The notes below the pieces were generated by a model. It was not told the DNA's origin. It did not search any database and saw only the letters and a list, made by a program, of their open reading frames with translations. Both the position numbers and the translations under genes were made by a program. A stretch of DNA of 64,000 nt from an uncultured bacterium (GTDB lineage: Bacteria > Babelota > Babeliae > Babelales > Babelaceae): positions 96,001-160,000 of the forward strand of contig CAWKFG010000004.1 in the NCBI GenBank assembly GCA_963848965.1, given 5' to 3'. Below, piece by piece: positions 56,423 to 64,000 of the stretch; position 1 is the first letter of the stretch; each line of letters opens with the position of its first letter.

Positions 56423-59000
56423 CTAGATTGAGAGCACTCTTTTTAGATATGAGCCAGTATGGCTCTTCGTATTTTTAGCAACTTCATATGGTGTACCTTG
56501 AGCAACAATAGTACCTCCTTCATCACCACCTTCTGGTCCTAAATCAATAATATAGTCAGCCGTTTTAAGTACATCGATATTATGCTCGATAACAATAAGA
56601 GAATTACCCTTATTGACCAAGCTTTGTAATACCTGCAAAAGCTTTTCTATATCACTTGAATGTAACCCCGTTGTTGGTTCATCAAGAATATACAACGTAT
56701 TAGTACCACGTTTTGCCAGCTCGCAAGCAAGCTTCACGCGCTGCGCTTCTCCACCAGACAATGTTGTTGAAGATTGACCTAGCTTAATATAATCAAGCCC
56801 TACATCACATAACAGCTTAAGCTTCTTATGCAGCGATTTATGCGCTTCAAAGAAGGTTAATGCTTCAGCAGCTGTCATATCAAGCACTTGAGCAATATTC
56901 TTACCCTTATAAGTAATTTCAAGCGTTTGTGCATTATACCTACTACCTTTACATACATTACAGATCATACTTACGTCTGCAAGGAAATGCATAGATACAG
57001 TCACCATACCTTCACCACTACAATTTGAGCAACGCCCTTCTGCAACGTTAAAGCTAAAACGACCTACTTTATAGCCTCGTATAGAGCTTTCTGGTAATGA
57101 TGCAAACAATGCTCGTATATCTTCAAATATACCAAGATAGGTAGCAGGTGTCGAGCGTGAAGTACGACCAATTGGCGTTTGATCAATTACTACCATGTTA
57201 TCGATAGCATCGAGTCCTTCAACCTTTTCTTGACCAGCAAAAATCTGCTTCATCCACTCTGGTAACACTCCAGGCACTTTCTTGAGAGTTCGAGCTACAG
57301 CAGGTACCAATTCTTGCATTACAAGAGTACTTTTACCTGACCCTGATACTCCAGAAATACCACAAAGCACCTTCAGCGGAAACTTTACAGTAAGATTCTT
57401 AAGATTATGCGAGGAAGCATTACGCACTGTTACAAATCCTTGCGGCTTACGAAACTTCTCTGGTGTAACTATAGCACGTCTACCACTTAAATAAGCACCT
57501 GTTAAAGACTCTTTATTTTGAGCAATCTCTTGAGGACTACCTTTAGCAACAACTGCACCTCCCCATGTACCAGCTGCAGGACCCATATCAATAATATAGT
57601 CTGAGCTGAGCATAGTATCGGTATCATGCTCTACTACTACAACAGTATTTCCAAGATCACGTAACCTTTGCAATGTTTTAATAAGCCTATCATTATCACG
57701 CTGATGTAATCCAATGCTCGGTTCATCTAAAATATAGAGCACCCCACTCAATGCCGACCCAATCTGTGTTGCAAGCCTAATACGCTGTCCTTCACCACCA
57801 GAGAGCGTTCTTGCAGATCTATTAAGTGAAAGATAACCAAGACCAACATCACACAAGAATGAAAGGCGTGAGATAATCTCTTGTAACAAGCGGTGTACAA
57901 GCGTATGTTGATTTTCATCAAGCTTAAGATTGTTGAAAAACTCTGCAAGCGCTTTAATAGATAATGCACCAAGTTCATAAATATTCTTGTCAGCAATAGT
58001 TACTGCAAGCGCAGCCTCATTCAATCTTCTCCCTTGACATGCTGTACATTCAACAATGTTTTCTACAACATCATGAGCTTCATCATCTGTATAACGATAG
58101 CCCTTCTCTATGAGAAACTTCGTATACAGCTCCAAGGCCATGACAACGTCTACAAGCACCAATAGGCGAGTTAAAAGAAAAGAGTCGTGGCTCTACTTCA
58201 GGAAACGAATACGTACAACGCAAGCAAATACGCTCTGCTGCATAAAGATACTCTTTATCTCCTACTATAACTTTACAAATACCTTGTCCAAGTTTAAATG
58301 CTCGTTCAACAGCATCCTGTAATCGAGAAGCTTCTTCTTGTGTTACTTCGCAGGCATCAAGCAAGAGGTCAATAGAATGACGCTCAGTCTTTTTTAGACG
58401 TAATGCTTGAATATCCTCAATGCGCCTAAATACAAAACGCTGTCCATCAATAATAAAGCGATAATAGCCTGCCAAAAAGAGCTTTTCTAACTCATGAGTA
58501 AATTCACCCTTTTTGTGATGTGCAAGCGGTGCCGCAACCGTTATCGATTGCCCCATAAAATTCTGCGTAAGTAGTGCAGCAATCTTATCTGGTGCCTCTG
58601 CCACAATAGGCATATGACATTTAGGACATGCAAGCGCACCAATACGAGCAAAAAGTACCCGTAAGTAATCAGAAATTTCTGTAATAGTTCCTACCGTTGA
58701 TCGCGGATTAGAACCTACTGTTTTTTGATCTATAGCAATAGCAGGACAAAGCCCTTCAATACGATCTACATCAGGCTTTTTAGGCAACCCTAAGAATTGA
58801 CGTGCATAAGAAGACAAAGATTCAATATAGCGCCTTTTTCCTTCTGTATACAAAATATCTAAGGCCAACGAGCTCTTTCCTGAACCTGATGGACCGGTAA
58901 TAACCGTCAAGGAGTCCTTTGGGATCTCAACAGTAATATTCTTAAGATTATGCTCTCGTGCCCCTATCACTTTAATCCATTGCTTTCTTTCTTTATCCAT
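56423..59000 (-). CDS. uvrA: Excinuclease ABC subunit A, split by one frameshift near 58110-58125
   Basis: GAREHNLKN, TGPSGSGKSSLA and FSFNSPIGAC in 58083-59000; LSGGEGQRIRLA, GVSGSGKST and LSGGEAQRVKLA in 56423-58162. Confidence 0.93.
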
Positions 59001-59251
59001 AACTCCCCCTTAAACTCCAGCCTTGTAATTTTTTAAACATTGCCAAAGATAATTTTAAATGGTAAAATAATAGAGAATAGTAAGAATAGATCGGTTTTTA
59101 AAGAGATCTACCCTATCCTTTCTATTATATAACAAATATTAAAAAAAATAAAGCTCCAAAGAGGCAAAAACCCTCTTTGAATCAATATTTTTGAAAGATC
59201 TAGAAAAAACTTTGCTTTTTGGCTTAAAAGTCATATACTAGTACTATATAT

Positions 59252-59328
59252 GGTGGATGTAGCTCAGTTGGTAGAGCATCAGATTGTGGCTCTGAGGGTC
59301 ATGGGTTCGAATCCCATCATTCACCCCA
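59252..59328 (+). tRNA. tRNA-His (GTG)
   Basis: G-1, cloverleaf, anticodon arm TCAGA-TTGTGGC-TCTGA, GGTTCGAATCC, encoded CCA. Confidence 0.97.
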
Positions 59329-59380
59329 AAAAAAACTTGCATTCTTCATAAAAAATAGTACATTATTGAAGTACAAATGT

Positions 59381-59456
59381 CGGGGCGTGGCGCAATTGGT
59401 AGCGCACTCGCTTTGGGAGCGAGGGGTTGTCAGTTCGAGTCTGGCCGCCCCGACCA
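59381..59456 (+). tRNA. tRNA-Pro (TGG)
   Basis: CGGGGCG...CGCCCCG acceptor stem, anticodon arm CTCGC-TTTGGGA-GCGAG, encoded CCA. Confidence 0.97.
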
Positions 59457-59483
59457 GTTAGACCTTTCTAGCATATCTTCTTT

Positions 59484-60614
59484 ATGTTACTTATAGACCG
59501 CCGTTATCTTCGTTCATTCGATTGGCTTAGCTTTATAATTATCCTGATATTATCAAGCATTGGCCTTCTCTTCGTCTTTAGTGCTACCTATAAGCCTGAT
59601 GTTCCGTTCTCTCTGTTCTTTAAAAAGCAGGTTTTTGGGATAATATCTGGTATCTTTATTTACCTTGGTTGCTGCTTTTTAGATTATAGAACGCTTGAAC
59701 GTAATGGGTATTTTCTTTATTTTGCTACTCTTGCTATCCTTGCATTTACTCTTGTTAAAGGCAGTATTGGTATGGGAGCACAACGATGGGTTAACCTCGG
59801 GCTCTTTAAATTTCAGCCTTCAGAACTTACGAAGCTCTTTTTTCCAGCCTTTTTTAGCTACTATCTTTACACCGAAAAAGATATTCTTTCTCTTTCCATT
59901 ACTGAATTTTTGCCAGTGCTTGCTATACTTGGCGTAAGTTTTCTTCTTATTGCTAAACAGCCTGATTTAGGAACTGCTCTTATTATTCTTTTCTCTGGCG
60001 GAGTATTGTTGTGGCTTGCTGGAATGAATAGAAAGTTTTTCTTGTGGATGTTTGTTCTCTGCTCATGCACTGCCCCTATTCTTTATAAATGTTTAAAGCC
60101 ATTTCAGAGGCAACGAATAGAAGTGTTTTTCGGTGCAGGCGATAGAAAAAAAGAGCGCTATCAAATTGAACAGTCACGCATTGCCATAGGCTCTGGCGGC
60201 CTTGTAGGAAAAGGATTTCTGCAAGGAACGCAAAACCAACTTATGTTTTTACCTGCAAGTCGTACCGATTTTATTTTTGCAGTTGTTTGTGAAGAAACAG
60301 GATTTTTAGGAGCACTTATTCTTATAGCACTCTATATTCTTCTTTTTGTACGGTCATTTTGCGTTATCTTTACTATTAAAAACTTTTACGCTCAAATGCT
60401 TGCTACAGGACTTATTATCCATCTCATATTCTCAACAATTATTAATATCTGTATGGTAATGGGCCTTATGCCTATTGTAGGCATTCCACTGCCCTTTATG
60501 AGCTACGGTATAAGCCACCTGTGGATTACGTTTGCAAGTCTTGGATGGTTTAATAGTATTGCTATGCGACGATTCTACTTAAGTATGTCTGCTTCTCCAT
60601 CATTAGCGCACTAG
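59484..60614 (+). CDS. rodA: Rod shape-determining protein RodA (SEDS family)
   Basis: GAQRW, FQPSE, QPDLGT, AIGSGG..GKG, TDFIF and GIPLPFMSYG motifs. Confidence 0.93.
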   Translation: MLLIDRRYLRSFDWLSFIIILILSSIGLLFVFSATYKPDVPFSLFFKKQVFGIISGIFIYLGCCFLDYRTLERNGYFLYFATLAILAFTLVKGSIGMGAQRWVNLGLFKFQPSELTKLFFPAFFSYYLYTEKDILSLSITEFLPVLAILGVSFLLIAKQPDLGTALIILFSGGVLLWLAGMNRKFFLWMFVLCSCTAPILYKCLKPFQRQRIEVFFGAGDRKKERYQIEQSRIAIGSGGLVGKGFLQGTQNQLMFLPASRTDFIFAVVCEETGFLGALILIALYILLFVRSFCVIFTIKNFYAQMLATGLIIHLIFSTIINICMVMGLMPIVGIPLPFMSYGISHLWITFASLGWFNSIAMRRFYLSMSASPSLAH

Positions 60615-61193
60615 GGTAACTTTACCCGTTTTTAAATCGTAATAGGCGCCTACTATTTTTATACGACCATCTGTTACATACTCTTTAAGTATTGGTCCTG
60701 TATTATTAAGATTCTCTACTATAAAGCGCACGTTATCCTTCACCGCAACAGAAAGACCTTGTGAACTTTCATAAAGCTCTTTATTTTTTAAAGCAGGAAC
60801 TATCGTATTTATAATAGTCTGAATATGAGATATATAAGGTTTTCCAGTCTTTAAGAAAGATAATGATGCTTGTACTGCTCCACAATTTCTATGACCGAGT
60901 ACCATCACCAAAGAAGCACCTAAATACTTTACAGCGAATTCAATACTGCCAAGTCCAATTTCTTGCAGCGCAGATCCTGCTGCACGAACAACAAATAGGT
61001 CACCTAATTTTTGATGAAAAATAAGCTCTGGCGGTACTCGAGAATCTGAGCAGCTTACAATAACAGCAAAAGGACGTTGCGTCTCTACAAGCGAATGTCT
61101 CATTGATTTATCAACGCCAATACAAATACGCAAATCCTTTAAATGTTCCTTATTGCCTTTAAGCAATCGCTTAAGTGCATCCTGTGGTGTCAT
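60603..61193 (-). CDS. Beta-class carbonic anhydrase
   Basis: CSDSRVPPE, GDLFVVR.AG and GHRNCGAV motifs. Confidence 0.95.
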   Translation of the reverse strand: MTPQDALKRLLKGNKEHLKDLRICIGVDKSMRHSLVETQRPFAVIVSCSDSRVPPELIFHQKLGDLFVVRAAGSALQEIGLGSIEFAVKYLGASLVMVLGHRNCGAVQASLSFLKTGKPYISHIQTIINTIVPALKNKELYESSQGLSVAVKDNVRFIVENLNNTGPILKEYVTDGRIKIVGAYYDLKTGKVTLVR

Positions 61194-61404
61194 ACGTCCC
61201 TCGGTTGCCTAATTAAAAAAGAACAGATACTGAGCAGTACAAAAAATAGATAGCCTTATGACTAGCTCCCATTTTTACTATAACATCTATCGGACAGTAT
61301 ATCAAAGAAACCTCTTATAAAACAAGGTACCTGATCCTTGTTTTTTGAGGCTCATCTATTTTATACTTATATAAAATATACTTTCCTTTAATAGAGGAGC
61401 TTTC

Positions 61405-61629
61405 ATGGAATCTAATTCGTGTAATACACAAGAGATACTACAAAATCACTACTCATACCTCTTAGAACAACAATATCTTGCAGAAGAAGAAAATGTTCTT
61501 GATTTTCTGTATCCAGCAGAAGAGGATGAAGATGATGATGAAGATCTTGATGAGTCATTTGATGAAGATGACGAGGATGAAGATATAGACGAAGAAGAGG
61601 AAGAGGAATATCAATTGAAAGGCAATTAA
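61405..61629 (+). CDS. Small, highly acidic hypothetical protein
   Basis: GAGGAG RBS; D/E-rich tail; own terminator at 61667-61690. Confidence 0.65.
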   Translation: MESNSCNTQEILQNHYSYLLEQQYLAEEENVLDFLYPAEEDEDDDEDLDESFDEDDEDEDIDEEEEEEYQLKGN

Positions 61630-61666
61630 CAATCAGGCTTAATGATTCTTTGACTACAATATAGTT

Positions 61667-61690
61667 TAAGGCTCTTGCAAGAGAGCCTTA
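61667..61690 (+). terminator. Rho-independent terminator
   Basis: TAAGGCTCT...AGAGCCTTA followed by TTTT. Confidence 0.65.
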
Positions 61691-61776
61691 TTTTCTTTCG
61701 TTTGCGCATGCCAAAAAGCAAAATTTGGTATATACTAGAATGTATAAGATAGAAACTTTTAGAGTGGGGTATATAC

Positions 61777-62793
61777 ATGAAATCACCAGAAGGCATTACC
61801 CTCTTAGCACTTTCAGAAACGGCTGAAGAGCAACAGTTAGATTTTCATCCTAAAACATTTGATCATTATCTTGGACAAAAAGAGCTTAAAGAAAAGCTGT
61901 ATATTTATACGAAAGCAGCGTTAATGCGTAACGAGCCCTTAGACCACTTATTACTATTTGGTCCTCCTGGGCTTGGCAAAACAACACTCGCTCAAATTAT
62001 GGCTCATGTGATGAATACAGGTATTAAGATTTGCTCAGGCCCTATGCTTGAACGCACAGGAGACCTGGTAGCACTACTCTCTGGACTTGAGCCACGTGAT
62101 ATTTTGTTTATTGATGAAATTCATCGTATGCCTATCGCTGTTGAAGAAGTACTGTATAGCGCAATGGAACATTTTCGTGTCGATGTTATTATAGGACAAG
62201 GAGCGGGAGCTAAATCGATTAATTTACCTCTGAATCCTTTTACACTCATAGGAGCTACTACAAAAACAGGTATGATCTCTGCCCCGTTGCGTAGTAGATT
62301 TGGTATTATAGAGCGATTAGACTTTTATACGCACAAAGATTTACAAGCAATTGTACTTCAAAGTGCTCAGTATCTTGGGCTTGGGCTGTCTGAGAGTGCA
62401 GCATTACTTATAGCTCAAGCATCTCGCGGAACTCCGCGTATTGCTAAGAAAATAGTACGACGTGTACGAGATTTCGCTCAAGTACATGAAAAAGAGGCTG
62501 ATGATACAGTAGTCTCTCAAGCGCTCAGCTTCTTAGGTATAGATGTTGAAGGATTAAGCTCTGTTGACTATCTTATCTTACGCACTATGATTGAACGCTT
62601 TGATGGCGGACCAGTAGGAATTGAGACCCTTGCATCGCTTATTGGAGAAGATAAAGATACGCTCGAAGATGTGTACGAACCTTTTTTAATGCGACAAGGA
62701 TACCTTGAAAAAACACCTCGCGGTCGACAGATTCCTTATAAAAAGATACCCTATTTAAAAAGCAAGTTTCTTGGACAACATATGGTTTTATAG
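61777..62793 (+). CDS. ruvB: Holliday junction branch migration helicase RuvB
   Basis: GPPGLGKTTLA, FIDEIHR, GATT, PLRSRFG, RGTPRIA and GGPVG motifs. Confidence 0.97.
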   Translation: MKSPEGITLLALSETAEEQQLDFHPKTFDHYLGQKELKEKLYIYTKAALMRNEPLDHLLLFGPPGLGKTTLAQIMAHVMNTGIKICSGPMLERTGDLVALLSGLEPRDILFIDEIHRMPIAVEEVLYSAMEHFRVDVIIGQGAGAKSINLPLNPFTLIGATTKTGMISAPLRSRFGIIERLDFYTHKDLQAIVLQSAQYLGLGLSESAALLIAQASRGTPRIAKKIVRRVRDFAQVHEKEADDTVVSQALSFLGIDVEGLSSVDYLILRTMIERFDGGPVGIETLASLIGEDKDTLEDVYEPFLMRQGYLEKTPRGRQIPYKKIPYLKSKFLGQHMVL

Positions 62794-62801
62794 GAGTGTA
62801 C

Positions 62802-63518
62802 ATGGCAGGTCATTCGAAATGGAAACAGATTAAACATAAAAAAGCAATTACAGATACTAAGCGCGGTAAGATGTTTACCAAGCTTATTAAAGAAATTTCA
62901 GTTGCCGCTCGTCTAGGTGGCGGAGATCCTACTGGAAATCCACGGCTAAGACTCTTATTAGAAAAATCCAAAGAAATTAATATGCCGTTAGAAAACGCTC
63001 AACGTGCTATTAAACGAGGTACAGGAGAATTGCCTGGTGTCCATTATGAGCCGTATACTTATGAAGGATATGGCCCTGGTAATATTGCCGTTATTGTTGA
63101 TGTCCTTACTGATAACAAAAATAGAGCAATTGCAGAACTACGTACTGTGTTTACCCGTAAAGGGGGCGTTATTGCAGAAAATGGTGCAGTAAGCTGGATG
63201 TTTGATAAACTAGGTGTTATCCATGTACCAAAGCAAGGTATAACCGAAGATCAACTTATTGAAAAGCTTCTTGAATATCCAGTAAAAGATGTTTCCTCTG
63301 AAGAAGATGCATTTGTTATCACATGTGATCCAAAAGCACTCGACGAGGTAAAACAAGGGCTTGCTACTATGGGTATTAAAGTGGAAAATGCAGATATCGA
63401 ATGGGTTCCTCGTGATACAGTAGAACTTGCTACAGATACCGAAGCTAAAGCATATGAGTTTCTTTCTGCGCTTGAAGATTTAGATGATGTTCAAAATGTC
63501 TATACTAATGTAGGATAA
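62802..63518 (+). CDS. yebC: YebC/PmpR family protein
   Basis: MAGHSKW, YEGYGPG, TDNKNR and LEDLDDVQNVY motifs. Confidence 0.96.
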   Translation: MAGHSKWKQIKHKKAITDTKRGKMFTKLIKEISVAARLGGGDPTGNPRLRLLLEKSKEINMPLENAQRAIKRGTGELPGVHYEPYTYEGYGPGNIAVIVDVLTDNKNRAIAELRTVFTRKGGVIAENGAVSWMFDKLGVIHVPKQGITEDQLIEKLLEYPVKDVSSEEDAFVITCDPKALDEVKQGLATMGIKVENADIEWVPRDTVELATDTEAKAYEFLSALEDLDDVQNVYTNVG

Positions 63519-63530
63519 ACAAAGGGTACT

Positions 63531-64000
63531 ATGGTATTAAGTATGACAGGATTTAGTTCCTCAATTATCACTCTTCCTTTACACAAAAATACCTCCTCAA
63601 CAAAAGAGATTCAGATGACGATGACACTCAAGTCACTCAATTCCCGTTTTTTTGAGGCCAATTGCAAAGTACCCTACAGTCTTACTCAATTAGAAACGGA
63701 TTTTATTAAGAACTTTAAATCTAAGCTTCATAGAGGCAACATTTATTTTACTATTCATATGCACAATCCTAATGCCCTAACAGCTACCATTCAACCTTCA
63801 GTGAGCACTGTAGGAGAATATCTTAAAGCTCTTGAATATATTCAGCGCAATTTTGCACTTGAAGGTACTCTTTCCTTAAAAGATCTTATCTCACTGCCAG
63901 GAATTTTTGAAACCTATGAAGAGCCGTTAAGCGAAGATATCAAAGACTATATTCTGCAAGCTGTTGCAGCACTCACTGAATCTTTACATCAAACACGTAT
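63531..64000 (+). CDS. yicC: YicC/YloC family protein, runs off the window
   Basis: Manual translation MVLSMTGFS...LKSLNSRFFE...KLHRGNI. Confidence 0.85.
   Translation, partial: MVLSMTGFSSSIITLPLHKNTSSTKEIQMTMTLKSLNSRFFEANCKVPYSLTQLETDFIKNFKSKLHRGNIYFTIHMHNPNALTATIQPSVSTVGEYLKALEYIQRNFALEGTLSLKDLISLPGIFETYEEPLSEDIKDYILQAVAALTESLHQTR

Noticed and set aside
61194..61272. Possible N-terminal signal extension of the carbonic anhydrase
   Set aside because: An in-frame TAG lies six codons upstream of the ATG and the upstream ATG frame also stops; too weak to call.
822..63192. Numerous 60-130 aa ORFs antisense to or nested within long genes (e.g. 822-1085, 8772-9128, 14356-14700, 27214-27591)
   Set aside because: Shadow ORFs with no recognisable motifs, overlapping well-supported genes.

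Overview
AT-rich bacterial chromosomal segment. The many signal-peptide proteins with eukaryote-like domains (ankyrin, BTB/Skp1, J-domain), plus a divergent MutS-like ATPase, suggest a protist-associated intracellular bacterium, most likely Ca. Dependentiae/Babeliae (TM6); this is inference. Housekeeping genes are ssb, pgsA, mnmA, argS, mutS, a TrmH-family methyltransferase, a frameshifted uvrA, tRNA-His, tRNA-Pro, rodA, a beta-carbonic anhydrase, ruvB, yebC and yicC. Main points: (1) two divergently transcribed small ORFs missing from the ORF track (3120-3281 and 3650-3784) look like lasso-peptide precursors, each with a promoter, RBS and downstream hairpin, but no maturation enzymes occur in the window; (2) a set of putative secreted effectors aimed at host ubiquitin/proteostasis: ankyrin proteins with C-terminal F-box-like motifs, a BTB/Skp1-WD40 protein, a Josephin-like Cys-His-Asp protease fused to an AAA+ ATPase ending in CaaX, and a J-domain protein, with a 'signal peptide then Met' N-terminus recurring in 11 secreted proteins; (3) two EndoU-type nuclease domains, one fused to ankyrins and one at the frameshifted tip of a polymorphic toxin with a coupled immunity candidate; (4) a group II intron inside an IS630 transposase whose splicing restores the reading frame, next to nested IS remnants; (5) a Ro60/TROVE 5' remnant joined to a tRNA-like half; (6) two paralogous Gly/Pro-rich secreted peptides flanking an oxidase-esterase pair.
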